IMG/VR virus record: IMGVR_UViG_3300006028_000003
Location: 12,032-76,031 of that record
Direction: 5' to 3' (one strand)
Length of the DNA: 64,000 bases
Origin: a virus
Position numbers and translations under genes: made by a program. The notes under the pieces were generated by a model. The model was not told the origin of the DNA, ran no database searches, and worked only from the letters and a program-made list of their open reading frames with translations. Shown piece by piece: positions 37,404 through 47,124 of this stretch (its first letter is position 1; each line of letters starts with the position of its first letter).

Positions 37404-38621
37404 ATGGTTGATAGCAACGAAAAACCCAATGATATCAAAGACTTAGCCTATGATCCGCCCGCTGCTGCGGTAGAGTCCGCCTCTGAGCTAGCCAAGGTAC
37501 GAGCGCTGATGCGGATAGCGTCACCTAAGCTAGGCGAGAGCTTCGCGGCCTGGCGTGGGGCGAAGGCCGATGGCCTTGCGACGGTCGATAAGTCGTCTCC
37601 CGCGGCCCTTGGCGGAGCGCTCTCGTTACCGCGCGCTGCACTAGTAGACGCTTTGGCCCCGGAGCTAGACCCCGTACGCAAGTTCCTTGCTCTCAGCGAG
37701 AGCCCGCGGACCGCGCAGACCATGGCTGAGGGGCTCGCGCGCATCGGCGCCCTCTACGGCATCGCGCCGCAAGACGTCGCTTGGCACCAGCTTCGGCGCC
37801 TGCACACGACGGACATGCGACTTCGATTGCAGCGCGCCTATAGCCCCCGGACGGTCAACGTAACCCTTTGCGCGCTTCGGGGGGTGCTCCGGTGCGCCTG
37901 GGAGGACGAGCTCATGACCGGGGAGGAGTACACGCGCGCCATCGGGGTCAAGAACATGAAGGTGCGCCGGCTACCGAAGGGGCGATGGCTCGGGGAGGAC
38001 ACCAAGCGTGTGCTCAACCACTGCCGGGCCCTAGGGCCAACCGCGAAGGATTGGCCGGGGAGCGCCTTCGGTTCGTTCTTGCTCGTCTCGTGCGCGCTCA
38101 TGTTCGCAGCCGGGCTCAGGGCCTCCGAGGTCGCGTGCTTGACGGTCAACTCGTACGATCGCCGTACGAAGGAGCTTCGTTTTATCGGCAAGGGCGGTGA
38201 CGAAGCAATCGTACCCCTCGGCGACGAGGTGATCGGCGCGTTGGAGGAATGGCTTAGTGTCCGCGCGGAGCTCGACCTAGGGGAGGGCATGCCCCTCATC
38301 GTTCGCGTCCGCAAAGACGGGAGCGTCAACCCCCGGACGGCGCTCTTGAACCGGCGGAAGCTAGAGCACCTCTGTAAGCAGATAGCACGCAAGGCCCTCG
38401 GCGAGAAATTCTCCCCCCACGATCTACGCCGGACCTTTTGCACTGACATCCTCGATCGCGGAACGGATCTCGCGACAGCGCAGCGGCTTATGCGGCACAA
38501 GAGCCCGGCGACAACCGCGCTCTATGATCGGAGACCAATCGAAGCCGATGCGGCGGTCCGGCGCAAGATGAATCTTTTCGAGCGCAAGCCGTCTGATGGA
38601 GAGGAGAAGGATAAAGCATGA
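37404..38621 (+). CDS. int: Tyrosine recombinase/integrase (XerC/D-like)
   Basis: GLRASE (R), GKG (K), HDLRRT (HxxR), MRHK (H), TTALY (Y); start uncertain. Confidence 0.93.
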   Translation: MVDSNEKPNDIKDLAYDPPAAAVESASELAKVRALMRIASPKLGESFAAWRGAKADGLATVDKSSPAALGGALSLPRAALVDALAPELDPVRKFLALSESPRTAQTMAEGLARIGALYGIAPQDVAWHQLRRLHTTDMRLRLQRAYSPRTVNVTLCALRGVLRCAWEDELMTGEEYTRAIGVKNMKVRRLPKGRWLGEDTKRVLNHCRALGPTAKDWPGSAFGSFLLVSCALMFAAGLRASEVACLTVNSYDRRTKELRFIGKGGDEAIVPLGDEVIGALEEWLSVRAELDLGEGMPLIVRVRKDGSVNPRTALLNRRKLEHLCKQIARKALGEKFSPHDLRRTFCTDILDRGTDLATAQRLMRHKSPATTALYDRRPIEADAAVRRKMNLFERKPSDGEEKDKA

Positions 38622-38893
38622 AGCCGTTCGACCCCGAACATACTTTTCATCTCAATACGATGGCGGCCTTCGAACAGTACAAGGTCAACAGCAAGGACGC
38701 CCCTGAACCCGCTTTCGCGCATCGAGAGCGGATGCTTGTAGCGGCGCTCACTCGAATCGCTGATGAGCGCCTATCAGCTACTGAGATGCGGCGTACCGCC
38801 GTCGAGGGCTTAGCGCTCTGGGTACACCGCATGTCGCCGGAGATGCGAGAGCGCCTCGGGTTCCCGCGCGCCGATGATTCGGACGGAACATGA
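38618..38893 (+). CDS. Hypothetical protein coupled to the integrase
   Basis: ATGA overlap, AAGGA RBS. Confidence 0.6.
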   Translation: MKPFDPEHTFHLNTMAAFEQYKVNSKDAPEPAFAHRERMLVAALTRIADERLSATEMRRTAVEGLALWVHRMSPEMRERLGFPRADDSDGT

Positions 38894-39063
38894 AGCCCAT
38901 CGTCCAAGACGCCACCATGGCATTCAACGGCAGCAAAAAGACCGGCGCTATAGTGACCTGGATCCTTGACCGGCAACTCTGCTACCGGTGGTTCGACACC
39001 CGCGCCGAAGCCGAGGCCTTCGCTGCTCTCAAAGCAGATGAAGCCAAGAAATCTGAAGGGTAA
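38890..39063 (+). CDS. Small protein with WFDTRAEAEAF motif
   Basis: 57 aa, ATGA overlap; F.T..EA motif resembles arm-DNA-binding/AP2-like domains. Confidence 0.45.
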   Translation: MKPIVQDATMAFNGSKKTGAIVTWILDRQLCYRWFDTRAEAEAFAALKADEAKKSEG

Positions 39064-39210
39064 TCCCGCTCGCCACTTCGTATGGGCTAAGGTAGATGCT
39101 CTCGCGAACGCCCACGTGGAGCTCCGCCGAGGTGTAGAGCCTTCCCGCCGGAGTCGGGGGCGGAAGCAAAGGCGGAGGTGCCCCCTGTAAAGCGAGGGCG
39201 AGGAGCGCGA

Positions 39211-39561
39211 TCACGACGCTCTAGCGGCTTCGTCGAGCTCCAACGCGCGCCGCCCCGCAGCCGTGACGTGCCAGTAGCCATCATCGCCCCAGTAGCCCCA
39301 GCCCTCGGCGATGCAGCCCTCGAACGTAGCTTCTGAGACCGGGCCCTCACCAGGAAGCCCTATCTCTCGCAACGCCATTCGCTCTTGATCAGTTAGCTTC
39401 GCCATCCCTTGCGTCACGAACATCGCCGGCCGTTTCCCGCACCGCTTGCATTGCGTCGGGCCTCGGTAGACGCCAAGTCGGATCTCATCGAGGGCAACGC
39501 AGCCCCCACAAGTGAGGCTCCGAGGCGCGGGCCCGATCGCAGATGCGTAAAACTTGCTCAT
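39211..39561 (-). CDS. Zn-finger + winged-helix-like protein
   Basis: CGGC..CKRC; LTDQERMAL...VTAAGRRAL. Confidence 0.55.
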   Translation of the reverse strand: MSKFYASAIGPAPRSLTCGGCVALDEIRLGVYRGPTQCKRCGKRPAMFVTQGMAKLTDQERMALREIGLPGEGPVSEATFEGCIAEGWGYWGDDGYWHVTAAGRRALELDEAARAS

Positions 39562-40897
39562 GCTTCCTCATCGTTTGCCGCGGCTAGCTCTCGCCAGCGC
39601 ACCCAAGTTCCAACGGAGATCGAGACGACGAAGATTACCGAGAGCGCGGGATGCAATCTCCAGAGATCGACCGAGACTGCCATCGCAGCGAGAAACATGG
39701 CGCAAAGCCAGGGGGTCATCGCCTCGCCTGGCAATTGGGCATCCGCTCGCCGCAGATCCAGCAGCGCCTATGTTGTTGGATGATTCCTCGGGCCCACGCG
39801 GAGAAGCGGGCAACCCAAGGCGCAGGTGGGGCCTTCCGCCGAGGCGGCAAGGGCATCCGATAAACCGTCACCGCATCGCCTTTGCGCGTTGCTCCGCCTC
39901 ACCACGAAGGCCACGGACGTCATTGTCGAATAGCCGCTGGAGCAATTCTTCGGAAGGCTCTCGGCCCTCGGATGCTTCGACGGTCAACGCCGCAACGCGA
40001 TCGTCGGTATCCCAAAGCTTCCGGGTCAGCTCCGCGTCTTGAAGCTCAGAGGGCGGGTTGGAGTGAATACACCATCGGCCGTTCGCCTTCGGCGGGGAGA
40101 TGCGACAGGCGCAGCACCGCTCAAACATCCGGTGGAAGTAGTGCCCTTGGCTGTAGTAGACCGCGATTGCGGAATGATGACTGCTACGAGCTTCCTCCTG
40201 AGCATGATCAGCGTCGGGGGTCACGAGATCAAACCCGGCAACATCCTGAAGCCAACGGCCGCCGTCGCCTTGGAAGGGCAGCCAGACTCCATAAAGCGCC
40301 GGCTTCATCGGCTCTGCTCCCGCTTCCATTTGGCGGCCTTCTGTACCGCCTGGTCTTTGACGCGCGCGCAGCTTTCCCCAAGGCCATCGGCGCGGTCGAC
40401 CTTCGCTTTTTCGACGCCGCACTGTTTGCACTTGGTGGCGGGGGGCCGGGGGGAGAGGCGTCGCTTGAAGGAATCGCTACCCATTGTCGTTCTCCTGGTC
40501 TGGCTCTTCTTCGAAGGGGCTTTGGTAAGGCTCCCCCTTGCTCATCTTCTCGGCTGCATCGGCGGATTTGGTGAGAGCATCGGTGAGGTGATGCCCAAGC
40601 TCTGCGCCGCTCTTCAACACCGTCGAGATGGCGGCGGAGGCGGCCCGGCGGCCAATGCGGCCAAGCGCTGCCAAAAACTCTTGCGCGGGATCAGTCATGA
40701 TGGGGCCTCAGGGCTTTTCGCATTCGGCTATAGGCTTCGGTCGCAGCACCACAAATCGCCATCGCCAAGGCGACCGCAAAGACGAAGGGCCAAAACCAAG
40801 GCCAATGCCGCGTCAGCCACCCAATCGTCGGGATCGAATTGCATCGCGAAGGTAACGATCGCGACGAGAAGCCAGACCCCGAAGAGGATGCTGAGGA

Positions 40898-41266
40898 TCA
40901 TGGGGGAGAGAGCTTACAATCGGCCCCGCAAGCCGCAACGTCAGCCGGCACCAACACTTTGACCAAACAAGCTAGGTCATAGTGGTGGAAGCGAGGATCC
41001 GCGTTGACCTTGCAAATCGTCGCCGCACAATCGGAGAGCACAATGCAGCCAACGCGGTTCATCGCATCGCAGGCGCTTTGGCAATCGGCTACCGAAGCAT
41101 CGGGGGGAACTGGTTTCGGCGCGGAGTCCTTTACCGCAGGTGGGGCCCCGACGTCGGCGGCATCAGAGCTTGGCGAGACCGGGCCGGGGTTCGGAGGGCA
41201 AGCGCTAATGAAAACCCCGATGGCCGCGAAAGCAACGAGGGGAATGGCTATCTCTCGGAGGATCAT
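40898..41266 (-). CDS. Cys-rich lipoprotein
   Basis: Signal + ISAC, DA-rich linker, CQSAC..C..C..C..C..C. Confidence 0.68.
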   Translation of the reverse strand: MILREIAIPLVAFAAIGVFISACPPNPGPVSPSSDAADVGAPPAVKDSAPKPVPPDASVADCQSACDAMNRVGCIVLSDCAATICKVNADPRFHHYDLACLVKVLVPADVAACGADCKLSPP

Positions 41267-42192
41267 AGTTGCCTCACTGGGAAGAGGAGACAATCGCTCA
41301 TCACCTTCGCCAAACAAGCGGCGGTGAGCTCGTAGCAACCCGGGGTCCAGAAGGGCGACGAGGGAGGCGGGTCTCCACTTGGCCAATCAGCTCCCCAAGA
41401 GTTAGGCCCCCCGAAAACGACCCCGCTCGGAGTGGTGTAGTAGTAGTCCAACGCAAGCCAATGGCCCCCGCCTTGCGGATCGTTGAGGTCGATGCTGTTG
41501 ATCGGGCCTTGGGCCGGGGCCCAATTCATGAAGCCGCTATCGACGAAGATGCCGATCCCAGCCGTCGCCTTCGATGCGATAGAAGCTTGGATCTGCGCTG
41601 CAAAGTTGGGGTTCCTCTCGTCGATGCGATACTCCCCGGTGAGGAGCTTCAACCCGGAGGTTTCCAGATCCAACAACGAGGGCTCATTGTTGACGTTGGG
41701 AACGATGGTAACTGGCGGGTAGAGGTTGAGGGCCGCAACGTCGTCGGGGCCCATGATGTCGGAGTAGCGGCCGTCGGGGGCCGGGGCCTGGATCGGGCTC
41801 ACTCCGAATTGCCGGAGCACCGTCAAAAGGTCGGAAGGCATGGCCCCCGAGTCGGTAAGCGGCTGCGACGCATCTTGCCGCTCGAGGATTCTAACGAGCG
41901 CGTAGCCGACACGTGGTGAGGGGACAAACGGGAGTGGGTTACCAGAAGCCGCCGCGGAGGTATAAACGGCTTGGGGGGTCCCGTGAAAAGTGCAGCTTCC
42001 GGTCGCGCCTTGGTTGAATAGCGGGGCCCGGAATGAAGCGAGGCTATCTTGCTGCGGGACCGTCGGAGAGGCCCCAAACCTCAGCGTCGAATCCTTCTGG
42101 CGCCTCTTGTGGTCCGCGTCGGGGATGTAGCCGAAGAACTTCCCGTTGAAGGCCTTCGCGATAGCTTCGTGCGCTGCGGTTCGGAAGGTCAT
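41263..42192 (-). CDS. Papain-like C1 cysteine peptidase
   Basis: NQG.TGSC (Q/C), GGH (H), PNSWG (N). Confidence 0.88.
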   Translation of the reverse strand: MTFRTAAHEAIAKAFNGKFFGYIPDADHKRRQKDSTLRFGASPTVPQQDSLASFRAPLFNQGATGSCTFHGTPQAVYTSAAASGNPLPFVPSPRVGYALVRILERQDASQPLTDSGAMPSDLLTVLRQFGVSPIQAPAPDGRYSDIMGPDDVAALNLYPPVTIVPNVNNEPSLLDLETSGLKLLTGEYRIDERNPNFAAQIQASIASKATAGIGIFVDSGFMNWAPAQGPINSIDLNDPQGGGHWLALDYYYTTPSGVVFGGPNSWGADWPSGDPPPSSPFWTPGCYELTAACLAKVMSDCLLFPVRQL

Positions 42193-42519
42193 CGCTTAGC
42201 CTTGGCCTTTCGCTTTGTCTTTGGCTTCAGCTTCTTCGGTGGCGCATAGGCCTCAACGGCCTTTACCATCTCACGAAGGCGGCGAAGGGCCTCTTGCTTC
42301 GAGGTTGAGGACCACGTAACCTCCGCGATGGTTTCCCCCATAGCGGTCCGCACGGTGATCGTGACGCAATCCTTTTTCATCGCTTAGGGGCCTTCTTCGG
42401 GGTTACGGGGGCTAAGGCGTCGATCGCCATCTTCGCGGCGAACGTCATCAAGGCGACGTCTTCCTTCGCGTGCTCAACGCAACGGACGGCGACGGCTTGA
42501 AGGTTTTGCGCGATCCGTT

Positions 42520-43131
42520 TCATTTTCGATGCGCTTCCGCCAACGGCCTCTCCTCCGCGAGCATCATCCGAGCCTGCGGAAGCACGTTCGCCGGAACATA
42601 CCCCGCGTCGATGAGGAAGGTCAGAACGTCTTCCAACACGATCGCCACATCGGCCCCAGGCTGACCCGCGAGAGCGTTGCCGACGTCAACCTCGATCTGA
42701 GCGCGCGTCTTACCGGCGGCGAGGTCATCGAGCACCACCTGCTCGACCTTGGAAAACATCGCTTGTTGAGCGGGGGTACATCCGACGTCGCCGGCTATAG
42801 CGGCTCCGCCGAAGACCAAACCGAAGGCGATGACCAAACCCCCGAGGCCAAAACCAACGTTCCGCATCGCAGCGGGGGGCGGAGGCTTCGGAGTCGAGGT
42901 TCCTCCAGAAGCATTGGGTCCAACTGGGGGCGGCGGCGGGGTGATGTCCCCCCAGAGCTGCACCAAGTCCTCGATGGCGTTCGCGATGTGGCCCGACGGG
43001 ATCGAGATGATCGCCGAGATGAACCGCGCCACGTTGGGGGCGAAGGGGCCGAGGAGGAATTTGTTGACGATGGAGACCACCGCAATGAGGGCGGTCCAAC
43101 CGGTGATGATTTGCGTCGGATCGAGCTTCAT
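42520..43131 (-). CDS. Multi-TM membrane protein (holin-like N-terminus, lipoprotein-like C-terminus)
   Basis: AGGAG RBS; hydrophobic N-terminal helices, Pro linker, TM + VGC, helical tail. Confidence 0.6.
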   Translation of the reverse strand: MKLDPTQIITGWTALIAVVSIVNKFLLGPFAPNVARFISAIISIPSGHIANAIEDLVQLWGDITPPPPPVGPNASGGTSTPKPPPPAAMRNVGFGLGGLVIAFGLVFGGAAIAGDVGCTPAQQAMFSKVEQVVLDDLAAGKTRAQIEVDVGNALAGQPGADVAIVLEDVLTFLIDAGYVPANVLPQARMMLAEERPLAEAHRK

Positions 43132-43172
43132 TGTTCGTCTCCTAGAAAAAGGCTCATGGCCCTTCGCTTGTT

Positions 43173-43445
43173 TTACTTCCCACTCCGCGCCGCGCCGCGC
43201 GGTTCTTCCCATCCGAAAGCTTCGGCCCACGTTTCAATCGCCCACGGAAGACTCCAGGGGGCGGCATTCAAAACCCGTCGCTCGTTACCGTGAAGGAACT
43301 CGGCAGCAGCCTTCACTAGATCGCGGGTCGCCTCATCAATGCCCGAGTTGATCAAAACGCTGAGGCGTCGGAATTGCTCCGCGCGGATGGCTTCGATTCC
43401 GCGAAGGCCTCCGTAGCGTCGCAGCCGCCGGCTCGAGAGGTTCAT
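43173..43445 (-). CDS. Hypothetical protein
   Basis: ATGA-coupled to groES. Confidence 0.5.
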   Translation of the reverse strand: MNLSSRRLRRYGGLRGIEAIRAEQFRRLSVLINSGIDEATRDLVKAAAEFLHGNERRVLNAAPWSLPWAIETWAEAFGWEEPRGAARSGK

Positions 43446-43732
43446 TCCTCGACCACCCCTAGAATGCTATCGTCGTGCATCGACAAGAGCTCAACCCCGT
43501 CGATCTTCACCTTCGGGAAAGGATCCTGCGCGCTGAAGACCACCCGATCTCCAGGTTGCACGGCCGGCATCGGGTAGCGGGTTCCATCTTTCAAGAGCAA
43601 CCCAGGCCCCATGAAAACGACCACCCCGGTTCCGGCCGGCTTCTTTGCGCGCTCGGGGATGATAAGGCCTCCTTTGGTCACTCCTTCAGGCTCATCGGGG
43701 CGGATGAAGATGCGATCACCGAGCGGCTTCAT
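43442..43732 (-). CDS. groES: Co-chaperonin GroES (Cpn10)
   Basis: MKPLGDRI...TKGGLIIP..AK..G.VV..GPG...V.PGDRVVF...IDG.E...DSILGV. Confidence 0.95.
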   Translation of the reverse strand: MKPLGDRIFIRPDEPEGVTKGGLIIPERAKKPAGTGVVVFMGPGLLLKDGTRYPMPAVQPGDRVVFSAQDPFPKVKIDGVELLSMHDDSILGVVEE

Positions 43733-43928
43733 TGGGCCTCCCTTCAAGGTAAATATCGATCACCGGATCGCCCGGAACCTCCGTAGCGCTCCCATAAAGG
43801 CCGGGGGGCCTCATGGCCTTGAGCGTTGCTTCGAGGGCCCCCACCCGTCGCGCGAGAGCGTTGGAATACTTCATCTCGAGCTCGAGGCATTTCGCCATCG
43901 TGTCGAGGCGTTCTTCAACCGTTGCCAT
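43716..43928 (-). CDS. Small coiled-coil protein
   Basis: MATVEERLD..., GGGG RBS. Confidence 0.5.
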   Translation of the reverse strand: MATVEERLDTMAKCLELEMKYSNALARRVGALEATLKAMRPPGLYGSATEVPGDPVIDIYLEGRPNEAAR

Positions 43929-44133
43929 TTTTCCCCTTTCGTAGGCCGCCGCGACGGCCGATTTCGACCATGTGCTCTCGCGAGTGTGTCTTGCCGCCCT
44001 TCTTGCCGGCGACCTTGGCCTCTTCGCTCGTGAAGCGTCGGCCCCGACCGCTCGCCTGGGCCGCTTTACCGCCCTGACTCGCGATTTCCCGTTGGCGCTC
44101 GGGATCCATGCCCGCAAAGCCTCGCTTGCTCAT
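43915..44133 (-). CDS. KGG-repeat general stress protein (Con-10/YciG/GsiB-like)
   Basis: RGFAGMDPERQREIASQGG, EEAKVAGKKGG, REHMVEIGRRGG. Confidence 0.92.
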   Translation of the reverse strand: MSKRGFAGMDPERQREIASQGGKAAQASGRGRRFTSEEAKVAGKKGGKTHSREHMVEIGRRGGLRKGKNGNG

Positions 44134-44141
44134 TGGAGAGC

Positions 44142-44169
44142 AAGCTAACGCATCAGGGAGCGAAGTCAA
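44142..44169 (-). promoter_or_regulatory. Sigma70-like promoter, probably (near-)leaderless
   Basis: TTGACT-N16-TAGCTT, 8 nt before ATG 44133, no RBS. Confidence 0.55.
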
Positions 44170-44190
44170 TAGCCGTAATCAGCCCCGGCC

Positions 44191-44784
44191 TTAGACAACG
44201 ACGACTTGGCGCATGAGCTTACCGCCCCCGGCCCCGACCGTCAGAGTCCCGTCGCCCGTAGCGGCTGCTTTGACCGTCAGTACGCGAGATCCGGCTGCGG
44301 GCCCCACTTCAACAGCCCATGCAGCTGAGACTGCGGTAGCGCCGCCTGCATAACCCTGCTCTATCGGGCCGCCGATCACCGAAACACCATCGATCTGAAT
44401 GTCGAGCTCCAACGCACCACCGGCTGAGCTTCCGGCGACGCCAGCAGCGACGTAGCCGGTGATGATGATGCTCTGCCCGGCCACGATCGTTACCGTCGCG
44501 GTGGCAACAGTTGCAAGCGATCCCGTCAGAACAACGGGGGCGCCGTTACTGGACGATCCAGTCGAGACCAGGTTTGCGGGGCCGGTGGGACCAGTAGCGC
44601 CGGTTCCCCCAGGGCCAGTCGCTCCCGTTGCTCCGGTAGGCCCCGTCGCGCCGGAACCAGCGGGGCCCGTTGGACCAGTCGCACCAGAAGGACCCCCTGG
44701 CCCAGTCGCTCCGGCGCCACCCGGAGGGGTTCCGACGGATGTTGCGATTGTGCCGACGTAGGTGCTGTAGGGGATAGGGGGCAT
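44191..44784 (-). CDS. Short collagen-like fibre with beta head
   Basis: About 15 GAT/GPT triplets; head with DIQIDG. Confidence 0.8.
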   Translation of the reverse strand: MPPIPYSTYVGTIATSVGTPPGGAGATGPGGPSGATGPTGPAGSGATGPTGATGATGPGGTGATGPTGPANLVSTGSSSNGAPVVLTGSLATVATATVTIVAGQSIIITGYVAAGVAGSSAGGALELDIQIDGVSVIGGPIEQGYAGGATAVSAAWAVEVGPAAGSRVLTVKAAATGDGTLTVGAGGGKLMRQVVVV

Positions 44785-44806
44785 GGTTTTTCCGTCGGTC
44801 CGGGTT

Positions 44807-45274
44807 TTACAGATCCGCGACTACAATCGTCGCGTCGCCGGTGAGAATTTGCGCGGTGTGACCACCGCCAATTGACGCCCTGACCCCGTAGGTATGGGAG
44901 GCGCCGGGGGCCGGAGTGTCGATGAAGGTGGCGGCCCCGAATGCTTTGACGCTCCCGGTTGCGGTTCCTGCGCTCACCTCGGAGGTGCCGCCGACTGGGG
45001 TGGTTCCATCGCGGAAGATCTGAACGGTTACCGCGTCACCGTCGGCTAGGGTTCCGGGGGCGACGCTGATCGTTCCAACGACCAACACCTTGCCGGTTCC
45101 GGAAATAAACGCACTCGAGTCCCACTCCACCGTTGCGCCGGGCCCGATGGGAGCGGCGTTGGTCTGGCTCAGGTTGTTACCGGAGGGGCTTCCCGACGCG
45201 CCGCGCCCGAGGGCACCGAGGATCGAGGTGTAGGCCTTGTTAGCCAGAGCGGTAACGGATTTCATGGGGATCAT
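44807..45274 (-). CDS. Fibre-head-like virion protein
   Basis: Beta-rich, QIFRDG...F.DTP..G.SHTY. Confidence 0.6.
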   Translation of the reverse strand: MIPMKSVTALANKAYTSILGALGRGASGSPSGNNLSQTNAAPIGPGATVEWDSSAFISGTGKVLVVGTISVAPGTLADGDAVTVQIFRDGTTPVGGTSEVSAGTATGSVKAFGAATFIDTPAPGASHTYGVRASIGGGHTAQILTGDATIVVADL

Positions 45275-45768
45275 CCTCGGCGGCGGTTTTTCTTCCAGTA
45301 AAGGTAGCCGAAAACACCGGCGGTCGCGACTCCAGCTCCGATGAGAGCAAACGGAATCATGTTCGACGGTGGGGGGTTCGTAGGAACAGTCGGAGTTGGG
45401 GTCGGCGGTGTCGGGGTTGGTGCCGGAGGCACAACGGGGGGGACAACGGGGGGAGCCGGGGGAATGACCGGAACAACTGGCGGAGCGACACTAGGGGTGA
45501 AGCAATCCGGGGGCGCGGTCCCCTGCCCGAGGGTGCTCATCACGAATTGCAGCGCCCCGCGGGTTAGCGGCCCATACTTCCCGTCTTCAACGAGCGGGTT
45601 GTTTGGGTTAGCCAGGTTCCATTGCACCTGGAAGTCATGGCATTCCGGAAAGGGTTGCTGGGTGCAAGGATTGCCCGAAAGCCAGCCGATCAGATCAGCG
45701 GCGGTCTGCGCGAGGGGCGTTGGCGGAAGATCCGGTTGCCCAAAAGCCAGTCGAGGCATCCAACTCAT
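45271..45768 (-). CDS. Peptidoglycan-binding domain + Pro stalk + C-terminal TM/basic tail
   Basis: FQ..WN...LVEDGKYGPLTRGAL; TM then YWKKNRRRG. Confidence 0.78.
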   Translation of the reverse strand: MSWMPRLAFGQPDLPPTPLAQTAADLIGWLSGNPCTQQPFPECHDFQVQWNLANPNNPLVEDGKYGPLTRGALQFVMSTLGQGTAPPDCFTPSVAPPVVPVIPPAPPVVPPVVPPAPTPTPPTPTPTVPTNPPPSNMIPFALIGAGVATAGVFGYLYWKKNRRRG

Positions 45769-46310
45769 CGATGATGCTTCTTCCGCTTCCAGGCCCAGTA
45801 AATCAAGCCGGCTCCGAGAACCGCGGCACCGCCGATGATGACGGGGGTTGGAATCCCAGTGGCTCCGGCGGGGGTAATGGCCGTCGGAGTCGTTGGAGCC
45901 GGCGCGGGGGGCTCGTCAGGTTGCGGCGTCGTAGGCACCACGTCGCTGAAAACATTCTGGGGCGCCAACTGCGAAGGCCCGATGACGTTGTTCAACGCAA
46001 CCTGAGTGTTGGGCCCATATTGGCCGTCAACAGTAAGGCTCCCAGGCAACCCGGAGCTATTGTAGGCGCTCTGGAAAGCAGAGACTTGCGGAACCGAATC
46101 TCGCGAAGGGGCATTGGTGGCAAAGAAGGCCATCAGATCCGCCGCCGCCGATTGCGCCGCGGGGAGGTCACCAAAGCCGGATCCACCCGCAAGGCCTTGG
46201 CTATAGGTGATCCCGTTAGCAGCAACCCACCAAGTTTTTTCGACTAGCATCGGAGTTGCTCCGAGGCCGAAGGGGCCACTTCCGAGGGGAGCTTTGATCC
46301 AAGTTTTCAT
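45765..46310 (-). CDS. Peptidoglycan-binding domain + Pro/Thr stalk + C-terminal TM/basic tail
   Basis: AFQSAYN...LTVDGQYGPNTQVAL; TM then WAWKRKKHHR. Confidence 0.78.
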   Translation of the reverse strand: MKTWIKAPLGSGPFGLGATPMLVEKTWWVAANGITYSQGLAGGSGFGDLPAAQSAAADLMAFFATNAPSRDSVPQVSAFQSAYNSSGLPGSLTVDGQYGPNTQVALNNVIGPSQLAPQNVFSDVVPTTPQPDEPPAPAPTTPTAITPAGATGIPTPVIIGGAAVLGAGLIYWAWKRKKHHR

Positions 46311-47117
46311 TTACATCTCCACCACGAGGGAAACACCGACCCGCCAATATCGAGGGCGCCCGCCTTCGTCGCTGCCGAAGTTGCCGATGAAGTTCTCCTC
46401 GAGAGGAAGGCCAAGCGCTGGAGTCAACGCGGGGTAGGCTCCGGAGCTTTGCTTCACGCTGATGAAGAACGCGATGGTGTCGGGGCCTTCAACGGTGATG
46501 TCGAGGCTACGCCAGGCGCCGTGCGTTCGCTGTTGGGTCCGGAGGTCGAAGAAGGTGGAGTGGTTCCCTTGGCTAAGGGGGGTTCCCCAGGGGCGGCCCA
46601 ACATCGGCGGTTGGTAGGAAGTGAGCTGGGTGTAGATCCGGTTCCCTGCGGCGATAGTGTATTTGTTGTAGAGGAGGCAAGGGCCATCAGCCCAAAGCCG
46701 CTTGAAGCTATTCAAGTCAAGCGGGGTCGGATCGGTCAGGGGATACCCGGAGTTATTCGGGGGCCCGAGTCGATGCATGTGCCAAGAAATGTTGCCGTCG
46801 GGCAACCGGAAGTTGGGGGAGATGATCTCCTGCTCGACGAATCGAGTCGGAGAAGTTGCAACCCCAAGGGAGGCAAATTGCCGGTAGCCAACGATGCGAG
46901 CAACCCCGCCTTCGCCAAGGCTGAAGGAGGCCCCCAAGAAAAGATACCGGGAGGCCTTATCCGAGGTCGCAAGGGTTGGGACCCTCAAGCCGAAGGAGGA
47001 GGCCCCGCCGAAGGGGTCTCCGCCTTGAGCTTGCAAGAACTCATCGAGGCCGGTGGTCTCAAACTCCGAGACGCGCCGGCTCCCTCTGAGTAGTTCGGGG
47101 TTGAGGGGCTGCACCAT
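46311..47117 (-). CDS. Putative minor capsid/vertex protein (jelly-roll-like)
   Basis: Soluble, beta-rich, directly downstream of two capsid candidates; ends V.GPDTIAFFISV.Q...WRVGVSLVVE. Confidence 0.45.
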   Translation of the reverse strand: MVQPLNPELLRGSRRVSEFETTGLDEFLQAQGGDPFGGASSFGLRVPTLATSDKASRYLFLGASFSLGEGGVARIVGYRQFASLGVATSPTRFVEQEIISPNFRLPDGNISWHMHRLGPPNNSGYPLTDPTPLDLNSFKRLWADGPCLLYNKYTIAAGNRIYTQLTSYQPPMLGRPWGTPLSQGNHSTFFDLRTQQRTHGAWRSLDITVEGPDTIAFFISVKQSSGAYPALTPALGLPLEENFIGNFGSDEGGRPRYWRVGVSLVVEM

Positions 47118-47124
47118 CGCGGTC

